A stretch of 63,902 nucleotides of DNA, filler included, from Octopus bimaculoides (taxonomy: Eukaryota): assembly GCF_001194135.2 (NCBI RefSeq). It is 5 parts of 4 records of this genome, joined end to end, with 100 filler letters (N's around TTAATTAATTAA, not from the genome) between each part and the next. Parts side by side here need not be neighbours in the genome. Positions count along the whole stretch, not along the records: positions 44,620 to 57,758 come from NC_069009.1; positions 57,859 to 62,605 come from NC_068983.1; positions 62,706 to 63,902 come from NW_026418990.1; 2 more parts are not named here. One strand, written 5' to 3'. The translations under genes were made by a program, and so were the position numbers. Below, one piece after another: positions 54,742 to 63,902 of this stretch. The notes beneath the pieces were generated by a model. That model did no database searches, was not told the origin of the DNA, and saw only the letters and a program-made list of their open reading frames with translations. Numbering within the stretch: position 1 is the stretch's first letter; every line of letters begins with the position of its first letter.

Positions 54742-55108
54742 GTGGAGGCGCAATGGCCCAGTGGTTAGGGCAACGGACTCGCGGTTTCAATTCCCAGACC
54801 GCGAGTTGTGAGTGTTTATTGAGCGAAAACACCTAAAGCTCCACGAGGCTCCGGCAGGGGATGGTGGCGAACCCTGCTGTACTCTTTCACCACAACTTTC
54901 TCTCACTCTTCCTGTTTCTGTTTTGCCTGTAATTCAAAAGGGTCAGTCTTGTCACACTGTGTCCCGCTGAATATCCCCGATAACTACGTTAAGGGTACAC
55001 GTGTCTGTGGAGTGCTCAGCCACTTGCACGTTAATTTCACGATCAGGCTGTTCCCTTGATCTGATCAACTGGAACCCTCGACGTCATAACCGACGGAGTG
55101 CCAACAAC
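54742..55108 (+). mobile_element. SINE family B, full length
   Basis: A-box TGGCCCAGTGG, B-box-like GGTTTCAATTCC, conserved tail. Confidence 0.92.
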
Positions 55109-55135
55109 ATGTATACATACATATATTTTTTTACA

Positions 55136-55495
55136 GCACTCCGTCGGTTACGACGAGGGTTCCAGTTGGTCCAATCAACAGAACAGCTTGCTCTTGAAAT
55201 GAACGTGCAAGTGGCTGAGTACTCCACAGAGACGTGTACCCTTCACGTAGTTTTCGGGGAGATTCAGAGTCACACATAGCGGGACAAGGTTGGCTCTTTA
55301 CAATACAAGTACAGTAGAAACAGGAAGAAAGAGTGGGAGAAAGCTGTGGTGAAGAGAACAGCAGGGTTCGCCACCACCCTTTGGCGGAGCCTCGTGGAGC
55401 ATTAGGTGTTTTCGCTCAATAAACACTCACAACGCCAGGAATCGAAACCGCGATCCTGTGACCAGGAGTCCGCTGTCCTAACCACTGGGCCATTG
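55136..55495 (-). mobile_element. SINE family B, full length, inverted relative to the preceding copy
   Basis: Begins GCACTCCGTCGGTTACGACGAGGGTTCCAG, ends CCTAACCACTGGGCCATTG. Confidence 0.92.
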
Positions 55496-55504
55496 AACAT
55501 ACAG

Positions 55505-55569
<65 letters not shown>

Positions 55570-55681
55570 TTATCTATCCATACATACATACATACATACA
55601 TATATATATATACATACGTACATACATATATACATACATACATACATACATACATGCATACATACATATATATATATATAA
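55505..55681. repeat. (TCTA)n/(TACA)n microsatellite
   Basis: Direct reading. Confidence 0.95.
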
Positions 55682-56680
55682 NNNNNNNNNNNNNNNNNNN
55701 NNNNNNNNNNNNNNNNNNNNNNNNNNNNNNNNNNNNNNNNNNNNNNNNNNNNNNNNNNNNNNNNNNNNNNNNNNNNNNNNNNNNNNNNNNNNNNNNNNNN
55801 NNNNNNNNNNNNNNNNNNNNNNNNNNNNNNNNNNNNNNNNNNNNNNNNNNNNNNNNNNNNNNNNNNNNNNNNNNNNNNNNNNNNNNNNNNNNNNNNNNNN
55901 NNNNNNNNNNNNNNNNNNNNNNNNNNNNNNNNNNNNNNNNNNNNNNNNNNNNNNNNNNNNNNNNNNNNNNNNNNNNNNNNNNNNNNNNNNNNNNNNNNNN
56001 NNNNNNNNNNNNNNNNNNNNNNNNNNNNNNNNNNNNNNNNNNNNNNNNNNNNNNNNNNNNNNNNNNNNNNNNNNNNNNNNNNNNNNNNNNNNNNNNNNNN
56101 NNNNNNNNNNNNNNNNNNNNNNNNNNNNNNNNNNNNNNNNNNNNNNNNNNNNNNNNNNNNNNNNNNNNNNNNNNNNNNNNNNNNNNNNNNNNNNNNNNNN
56201 NNNNNNNNNNNNNNNNNNNNNNNNNNNNNNNNNNNNNNNNNNNNNNNNNNNNNNNNNNNNNNNNNNNNNNNNNNNNNNNNNNNNNNNNNNNNNNNNNNNN
56301 NNNNNNNNNNNNNNNNNNNNNNNNNNNNNNNNNNNNNNNNNNNNNNNNNNNNNNNNNNNNNNNNNNNNNNNNNNNNNNNNNNNNNNNNNNNNNNNNNNNN
56401 NNNNNNNNNNNNNNNNNNNNNNNNNNNNNNNNNNNNNNNNNNNNNNNNNNNNNNNNNNNNNNNNNNNNNNNNNNNNNNNNNNNNNNNNNNNNNNNNNNNN
56501 NNNNNNNNNNNNNNNNNNNNNNNNNNNNNNNNNNNNNNNNNNNNNNNNNNNNNNNNNNNNNNNNNNNNNNNNNNNNNNNNNNNNNNNNNNNNNNNNNNNN
56601 NNNNNNNNNNNNNNNNNNNNNNNNNNNNNNNNNNNNNNNNNNNNNTGTGTGTGTGTGTGTGACACTTATTCGGTAGCCAT

Positions 56681-56741
56681 GATGAAACTCCGAGTTTCGG
56701 ATGCCGGGGTGGGAACCCACGCCAACATCTCTTCAGTTATC
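56681..56741 (-). ncRNA. Hammerhead-ribozyme-like motif (type I)
   Basis: Minus strand: GATAA-CTGAAGA-GATGTTGG.C.GTGGG.TT.CCCAC.C.CCGGCATC-C-GAAAC-TCG-GAGT-T-TCATC. Intact CUGANGA and GAAA, long stem II, 4/5 stem I, one extra C before G12. Confidence 0.6.
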
Positions 56742-56999
56742 CAACCATTGAAAATTCCTGTGAAAAATGACCGTTAAACAAAGGGAAATTACTGTGCGGC
56801 TGACCGTTATTAAGACGAAGGAGCTGTACACCGCTAAATAAGGGCAGGGGATAAAGGTAAGGGAGTAGAAAAGTCTATAGTGTTCGCGTAAGCGCACCAA
56901 TCCGAACATACGTCTATATGTATATACTCAACCACCGCTCGAAACACACACATGCTGACCCACATACTCGCCAAAAACTAAATATATATATATGGGAGA

Positions 57000-57385
57000 A
57001 TATACGAAAAAACAACAACAGACGAGGACAGGTGGTGTAAATAACAAAAGGATGTATTAGTATGACGCTCGGGAATACGGAAAGTCTTTGACGTTTCTAG
57101 CTACGCTCTTCAATAGAAAGAATACGGAGACAAGGAGAGACGGTAGGTGAAGGAAAGTAAAGGTAAAAATAAGATGATAAAGGAGGTTTACAAAAGTGGA
57201 AAAGTTCAAAAGTTTTTTAGACGTCGTGGTATATTGAAGCGATTTCCAATCAGAAGATGGGTCCAGTGTAATCCGTGGGTAGGAGAGGTGCAGCCGGAGG
57301 GTATAAAGTTCAGAATCAAACAGTCCAGAAAGAGTAGATCCAGAAGGAAAGAAGGTAGAATCCAAAAGTTCGTGTGATGAGAGGA
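57000..57385 (-). mobile_element. Penelope-like element 3' end / pseudo-LTR
   Basis: Decayed GIY-YIG tail-like ILNFIPSGCTSPTHGLH (compare LIF.LGTL.P.GLN), followed by a hammerhead relic at 57121-57085. Confidence 0.55.
57085..57121 (-). ncRNA. Degenerate minimal hammerhead relic
   Basis: TCTTT-CTATTGAA-GAGC.GTA.GCTA-GAAACGTC-AAAGA: perfect 5-bp stem I and GAA-ACGU-C; core has two substitutions relative to CUGAUGA(A). Confidence 0.45.
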
Positions 57386-57482
57386 GACATATATATATAA
57401 ATATATATATACATATACATATATATACGCGCATACACACCCACACACACACGCTAATTATTTTCTCTCTATATAGGCTTGA

Positions 57483-57700
57483 TAAGCCGATGAGCGAGCA
57501 GAATCGTCACCGCGCCGGACGAATGCTTAGCGGCATTTCGTCCGTCTTTACGTTCTGAGTTCAAATTCCACCGAGGTCGACTTTGCCTTTCATCCTTTTG
57601 GGTTCGATAAAATGAGTACCAGTTGAGCACTGAGATCGATGTAGTCAACTTACCACCTCCGTCCCCTGAACTTACTGGCCTTGTGCCAAAATTTGAAATC
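57483..57700 (+). mobile_element. SINE family A
   Basis: GTTCTGAGTTCAAATTCCACCGAGGTCGACTTTGCCTTTCATCC. Confidence 0.88.
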
Positions 57701-57758
57701 TATTTGTGGCCTTCACATAAAGTGTTAATCTTGCTGGATTTTATTTTCAGTTCAAAAT

Positions 57759-57858
57759 NNNNNNNNNNNNNNNNNNNNNNNNNNNNNNNNNNNNNNNNNN
57801 NNTTAATTAATTAANNNNNNNNNNNNNNNNNNNNNNNNNNNNNNNNNNNNNNNNNNNN
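57759..57858. other. Synthetic assembly spacer
   Basis: N44-TTAATTAATTAA-N44. Confidence 0.95.
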
Positions 57859-57905
57859 TATTTGTCCCATCTTCGTTGAGCCCTGTGTGGCTAATAAAAG
57901 AAATG

Positions 57906-57991
57906 TATCTATCTATCTATCTATCTATCTATATCTATCTATATCTATCTATCTATCTATCTATATCTATCTATCTATATCTATCTATCTA

Positions 57992-58037
<46 letters not shown>

Positions 58038-58070
58038 CGTCTGTCTGTCCGTCTGTCTGTTTGTCAGTCT
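57906..58070. repeat. (TCTA)n/(TCTG)n microsatellite
   Basis: Direct reading. Confidence 0.95.
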
Positions 58071-58229
58071 GTGTGCACACACACACGCACACATATAATG
58101 TTTCTTAGAATGGGTCCAAAAGAACAAGATCTGGTCCTATTTTACTTTTTTCTTACTCGTCAATCGGTCAATTCTTTAACCGCTTAAGTAATCGATTGTT
58201 TAATGAATCATTCATTTAGTCAATCAAAG

Positions 58230-58661
58230 AGTTATATTTGATATCTTGAGTATTGCTGCGATGGTGCACAAGCACCGGTTACGTTGGACTGGACACCTTA
58301 TTAGAATGAAGGATAGCAGGATCCCTAACCAGATGCAAAATGGAGAACTTGTGAATGGAAGGAGACTCCGGCAGAAACCAAGGCTGTGATTTAAAGACTG
58401 TGTCAAGTCCTCATTAAAGATCTGTGATATGCAGGAGACTGACTGGGAGAACAATGCCTGTCATCGCTACAGATGGAGGAAGCAGGTTAAGGAGGAGGGG
58501 GTCGACACTTTTGAGAGAGCACGTATTCAGCATGAAGAACTTACGCGTGCGGCTCGAAAGGGCACGGCTCGTATAGTGAATGGGGAAAGCTTAATCTGCA
58601 ATGTTTGCAGTCGTGTATGCTTGTCCATTAGCCACCAATGGAGCCGCAAATGCAAAATATA
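58230..58661 (+). mobile_element. RTE (BovB-like) LINE 3' fragment
   Basis: HRLRWTGHLIRMKDSRIPNQMQNGEL...FKDCVKSSLK...WRKQVK...CNVCSRVCLS..SHQ. Confidence 0.88.
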
Positions 58662-59860
58662 NNNNNNNNNNNNNNNNNNNNNNNNNNNNNNNNNNNNNNN
58701 NNNNNNNNNNNNNNNNNNNNNNNNNNNNNNNNNNNNNNNNNNNNNNNNNNNNNNNNNNNNNNNNNNNNNNNNNNNNNNNNNNNNNNNNNNNNNNNNNNNN
58801 NNNNNNNNNNNNNNNNNNNNNNNNNNNNNNNNNNNNNNNNNNNNNNNNNNNNNNNNNNNNNNNNNNNNNNNNNNNNNNNNNNNNNNNNNNNNNNNNNNNN
58901 NNNNNNNNNNNNNNNNNNNNNNNNNNNNNNNNNNNNNNNNNNNNNNNNNNNNNNNNNNNNNNNNNNNNNNNNNNNNNNNNNNNNNNNNNNNNNNNNNNNN
59001 NNNNNNNNNNNNNNNNNNNNNNNNNNNNNNNNNNNNNNNNNNNNNNNNNNNNNNNNNNNNNNNNNNNNNNNNNNNNNNNNNNNNNNNNNNNNNNNNNNNN
59101 NNNNNNNNNNNNNNNNNNNNNNNNNNNNNNNNNNNNNNNNNNNNNNNNNNNNNNNNNNNNNNNNNNNNNNNNNNNNNNNNNNNNNNNNNNNNNNNNNNNN
59201 NNNNNNNNNNNNNNNNNNNNNNNNNNNNNNNNNNNNNNNNNNNNNNNNNNNNNNNNNNNNNNNNNNNNNNNNNNNNNNNNNNNNNNNNNNNNNNNNNNNN
59301 NNNNNNNNNNNNNNNNNNNNNNNNNNNNNNNNNNNNNNNNNNNNNNNNNNNNNNNNNNNNNNNNNNNNNNNNNNNNNNNNNNNNNNNNNNNNNNNNNNNN
59401 NNNNNNNNNNNNNNNNNNNNNNNNNNNNNNNNNNNNNNNNNNNNNNNNNNNNNNNNNNNNNNNNNNNNNNNNNNNNNNNNNNNNNNNNNNNNNNNNNNNN
59501 NNNNNNNNNNNNNNNNNNNNNNNNNNNNNNNNNNNNNNNNNNNNNNNNNNNNNNNNNNNNNNNNNNNNNNNNNNNNNNNNNNNNNNNNNNNNNNNNNNNN
59601 NNNNNNNNNNNNNNNNNNNNNNNAGGGGAGAGAGAGAAATATTAATATTTCTAAGTCTCTCTAAAGGAGACTACGGCAGCGGTACTGGATATTAATAGTT
59701 ATCGCCAAGCTAACATGGCAATCCAGGAAAATAGGATGAATGCTGCCGTTGATTAGCTCCAAGAGGCCATCGCCTCTAGCTAGCTATGTGACACATGAAT
59801 CTGTGTCCATTACAACCTTCGAACAGGGGAGATCAGCCGCTTCCCCTTGCTGGTCTGGCA

Positions 59861-59902
59861 TCTACAGACTAGGTTCGGGGTATTGCCCCTTATCAATATA
59901 GA
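59861..59902 (-). ncRNA. Minimal type-I hammerhead, U3-A8 variant (copy 1)
   Basis: TCTATA-TTGATAA-GGGG.CAATA.CCCC-GAACC-TA-GTC-TGTAGA: 6-bp stem I, perfect 4-bp stem II, A15.1 mutated to C. Confidence 0.68.
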
Positions 59903-60062
59903 GCAGCCGAATCCAGCAGGCGTCGCTACTGACCGTCTGTACGAAGGATTGTTTACCAAAATTCAGTGGAATACATCTACTGGTTTTCAAAAATAGAAAT
60001 ATTAATATTTCTAAGTCTCTCTAAAGGAGACTACGGCAGCAGTACTGGATATTAATAGTTAT

Positions 60063-60105
60063 GCCCCATTGATAAGGGGCAAATATCCTGAAACTAGTCT
60101 GTAGA
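60063..60105 (+). ncRNA. Minimal type-I hammerhead, U3-A8 variant (copy 2)
   Basis: CCCCA-TTGATAA-GGGG.CAAATA.TCCT-GAAAC-TA-GTC-TGTAGA: intact GAAAC, palindromic ACUAGU stem III, GUC cleavage triplet; 5' strand of stem I largely lost at the junction. Confidence 0.62.
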
Positions 60106-60262
60106 TGCCAGACAAGCAAGGGGAAGCGGCTGACCTCCCCTGTTCGAAGGTTATAATGGACATAGGTTCGTGTGTCACATAGCTAGCTAGAGGCGATGAC
60201 CTCTTGGAGCTAATCAACGGCAGCATTCGTCCTATTTTTTCTGGACTGCCACGTTAGCTTGG

Positions 60263-60299
<37 letters not shown>

Positions 60300-60957
60300 N
60301 NNNNNNNNNNNNNNNNNNNNNNNNNNNNNNNNNNNNNNNNNNNNNNNNNNNNNNNNNNNNNNNNNNNNNNNNNNNNNNNNNNNNNNNNNNNNNNNNNNNN
60401 NNNNNNNNNNNNNNNNNNNNNNNNNNNNNNNNNNNNNNNNNNNNNNNNNNNNNNNNNNNNNNNNNNNNNNNNNNNNNNNNNNNNNNNNNNNNNNNNNNNN
60501 NNNNNNNNNNNNNNNNNNNNNNNNNNNNNNNNNNNNNNNNNNNNNNNNNNNNNNNNNNNNNNNNNNNNNNNNNNNNNNNNNNNNNNNNNNTATATATATA
60601 TATATATATATATATGGATATATACATACATATGTCAACCATATTTTTATATACCACACCCAAGATCTTTAATTGGCCTCAAATACGTAACATGAAACTC
60701 AGTTTTAAACAATATCCGCCATAGAGCCAAACTGAATAAGGGATGACCCGTTCATCAAGCTGACAATCAACAAGGTTTTAATTATCATTCTACATTAATT
60801 GTTTGACAAGATATAATTATCGGAATATGTGAGGAATGTGGTGTGGGGGGACGGGGTGAGTAAGAGAAGGGAAATCCACTGAACTTCAGAGACTAGGATA
60901 AAGATAAATACAAAATATTAGCTTATCTTTAAAAATATGAGAAGGCGATTTTGTTTT

Positions 60958-61322
60958 CTTTTCCTTGTTTCAGTCATTAAACAGCAGCAATGCTGTTTAA
61001 TTATCTTGAAAACTTTTTCATCGAATGAACCGACCTCAGTACCTACTTTTTCAAGACTAGAACTTGTTCTTTTGGTCTCTTTAACCGAACCGCTAAGTTA
61101 CGGGGATGTAAACACACCAACACAGGTTATCAAGCTGTGGCTTGGTGGGTGAACAAACACATTCACTAAGACGCACACAGGCTTCTCTGAGGTTCCATCT
61201 ACCAAATCCGGTCACAAGGCTTTGGTCGGCCCGGGGCTATACTAGAAGACATTAGCCAAAGGTGTCAAGCAGTGGGACTGAACCCGGACCCGTCTTGTTG
61301 CAAAGCAAGCTTCTTACACAGC
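60958..61322 (-). mobile_element. SINE family C
   Basis: CTTGTTTCAGTCATT...GAACCGCTAAGTTACGGGG...CAAGGCTTTGGTCGGCCCGGGGC...GGGACTGAACCCGG. Confidence 0.85.
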
Positions 61323-61530
61323 CGGTAAAAATTAGAATACCATCATCACCATCATCATCATCATCATCCTTTCTCAGGAACACAGTGACGAACGTAAAAG
61401 TCAAGATGGCGGAACCATCTTGAGGCCTTGGGGGAAGCTGAGGTCGGCTACGCTGAATAAAGTGATACCTCCATCCCATAATCTATTTGATACTTTAAAT
61501 TTTGAATGGTTTATTGTTTTCTTTTTTTGT

Positions 61531-61620
61531 ACATACATACATACATACTTGCATACATACATACATACATACATACATACATACATAATTGTATATATAT
61601 ACATACATACATACATACAT
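61531..61620. repeat. (TACA)n microsatellite
   Basis: Direct reading. Confidence 0.95.
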
Positions 61621-62605
61621 AGACATACACTCAAATATATATGTAAATACATAGGTTTAACATCTAGAAACCATCTTGAATTTCTCTCGAAAAATCTGTC
61701 ATTCTCTTCGTAGTATCTGATGAGATGCACCTGTCCAATGCGGCCACAAAACTTTAAGTCGTGCATAGCTGAGTCAAACTGTTATTAAATGTATAAAACC
61801 TATCAAATGTGTTGAGTGTTACCTTCTTTCGTTTGTTTACTCACTCGTACACATATACACATACATATATTTATATTTATACCTATATTTGCATGTATAT
61901 TAGTTGCGACGCCCTGGCATGTATGTTCAACATAAGCCAATAGAATAGATTTTAATCCATTTATTACTTTATGTAAGTCTCAAACATTTATTTCACTATA
62001 GATTTTATTACATTTACACTTTATGGCCTTATACTTTTAGAATTTACCCTTATACAATTTACTCCAAGCATGAGAAAAATTTGCAAGTTATATTTGCGAA
62101 CAAACCTTTGTTCGATGTTTGACACGTCGTAATGAAAACGTTAGCATTTTATTATCTTTCATTTAATGCCTCTCTTATATTGTATAAGTGTTTGGAGAAA
62201 AGAGAGTTGTAACATCTTAAGGAATATCATATAAAGAAGAAGGCTGAACTGAAGGAATAGTGAAGAGAACGCTACTGGTGCAGCAAGGAATTTTAAAAGT
62301 GAAATCGTGTGGGATGTGTGTGCGTGTGTGCGTGGAGGTTGGGTACAAATGCACACGTATACACACACACTCAAAGATACACATATACGTAATAACTATT
62401 TGACTTAGTTCCACATTGCATAAACTTACGTGTGCGCAGAGGACGCATTCGTCTCGTGAACGAGTTAGCTCCATCCTAAGCATCCACGGATGTTGAGATA
62501 ACGTCGAGCAGAGTCAAACAGTTATTAGATGCATGTAACTCCAATCACAAGTATTGAGTGCAACATTTTTCCGTTTGTTCACTCCCTCGTGTGTGTGTGT
62601 GTGTG

Positions 62606-62705
62606 NNNNNNNNNNNNNNNNNNNNNNNNNNNNNNNNNNNNNNNNNNNNTTAATTAATTAANNNNNNNNNNNNNNNNNNNNNNNNNNNNNNNNNNNNNNN
62701 NNNNN
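62606..62705. other. Synthetic assembly spacer
   Basis: N44-TTAATTAATTAA-N44. Confidence 0.95.
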
Positions 62706-62869
62706 ATGTATGTATGTATGTATGCATGCATATATCTATATATGTATTTCCCCAGTTGTGGCCGTCCTGTCTTTAATTGAGGCATAGTGTATCTAAGACA
62801 ACATTATTTAATGTGCCGCTCTACTTCGTTGTTACTTAGCCCGAGTCCATTCTGCTTCAGGTATTGGTG

Positions 62870-63062
62870 TCAAATTTTTGCACAGAGGTAGCAGTTTGGA
62901 GACCCCATTACTCAACTGGTACTTATTTCATTGACCCAGAAAGGATTAAAAAAAAAACAAAGACGACCCCGGCGGAATTTGAACTCAGAACGTAAAGGTG
63001 GATGTAACATCGTCTAGCATTTTTACCGACGTGCTAAACACTCTGCCAGATCGCCGTTTTAA
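62870..63062 (-). mobile_element. SINE family A
   Basis: CAACTGGTACTTATTTCATTGACCC...GGCGGAATTTGAACTCAGAACG. Confidence 0.82.
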
Positions 63063-63368
63063 TTCTACCGAAGATATTATCAAAGACATTCAAACCATGA
63101 CCATCCCTCCTTTATTTATTTAAACATCATGCATCGTGTAGCAAGGACTACATTATCAAATGTGTCCCCAGTTAACCATGATCCAGTAGATATCATCAAG
63201 TACACTCCAGGTATGACCATCACTTCTGTTTTTCAGATATGTTTATCTAGGGCTAACTCGAGTAATGCATCCGGCCAGCATTAATAAGATACAGTATGAT
63301 AAGAGGGTCAATCAACTGCTATTTTTCGCACGTGTGTCAACCACATCTGGGGTCTCTCATTTGTATTA

Positions 63369-63420
<52 letters not shown>

Positions 63421-63524
63421 TAAGTGTATATCTCAAGGAGAAATTCCAACCACGTTTNNNNNNNNNNGTTTGTCTCCTCTGTGTAGCCCCTTGTAGGCAA
63501 TAAAGAAATAAGAAAGGATCCAGT

Positions 63525-63752
63525 GGCTAGCTGGCAGAATCGTTAGCGTGCCGGGTGAAATGCTTAGCAGTATTTCGTCTGCCGCTACGTTCTAAGTTCA
63601 AATTCCGCCGAGGTCGACTTTGCCTTTCATCCTTTCGGGGTCGATTAAATAAGTACCAGCTACGCACTGGGGTCGATATAATCGACTTAATCCCTTTGTC
63701 TGTCCTTGTTTGTCTCCTCTGTGTAGCCCCTTGTAGGCAATAAAGAAATAAG
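63525..63752 (+). mobile_element. SINE family A variant with AATAAAGAAATAAG tail
   Basis: GCTGGCAGAATCGTTAGC...GTTCAAATTCCGCCGAGG...GCCCCTTGTAGGCAATAAAG. Confidence 0.9.
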
Positions 63753-63902
63753 AAAGGATCCAGTGGCTAAGGACATCATCAGGAGAAACCACGTCCGGTT
63801 TCGGCCCCTACTCCTCAACTGTTTTCGACGTGGCGGTCCCTCCCACTTTCGGAGGGGCCTTCAGCTCTGGTATTGAGTACGTTTTGTTTCTTTTTCCTTT
63901 GG

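Larger units (their letters stand above)
59635..60267. mobile_element. Hammerhead-containing retrozyme-like or Penelope pLTR-like unit: 360-nt monomer with 68-bp direct repeat plus about 200-bp inverted copy
   Basis: Direct repeat 59635-59702 = 59995-60062 (1 mismatch); inverted arms 59700-59897 and 60068-60267; a hammerhead motif at the inner end of each arm. Confidence 0.7.

Noticed and set aside
61401-61423. 9-bp hairpin containing a YY1-like AAGATGGCG
   Set aside because: Isolated short motif without promoter context.

Overview
AT-rich, repeat-dense animal genomic scaffold. The SINE, LINE and microsatellite families look like those of Octopus (cephalopod); this attribution rests on pattern recognition, not on a search. 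About 10% of the window is N gaps. Four of them are synthetic 100-bp spacers (N44-TTAATTAATTAA-N44), so the window is at least five separately assembled pieces (1-13308, 13409-44519, 44620-57758, 57859-62605, 62706-63902). Almost every ORF in the supplied track is an artefact of gaps or microsatellites, or a decayed transposon fragment. Host-gene evidence is limited to one convincing exon (45614-45841, calcium-binding-type EGF domain plus Pro/Thr linker, + strand) and one weak candidate terminal exon encoding a transmembrane tail (922-1012). The rest is mobile DNA: three tRNA-derived SINE families, RTE LINE fragments, R4/Dong-like restriction-endonuclease LINEs clustered at (AAT)n tracts, Penelope-like (GIY-YIG) fragments, a decayed MULE transposon nested in a 69-bp minisatellite and itself hit by an RTE, a solo LTR, and several MITEs. 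The most notable signal is a set of minimal type-I hammerhead-ribozyme motifs at 56.7-60.1 kb. Two of them carry a U3-A8 core variant and sit in a 360-nt circularly permuted monomer with an attached inverted copy, a retrozyme or Penelope pseudo-LTR-like architecture. Repeat boundaries were read by eye and may be off by a few bases.
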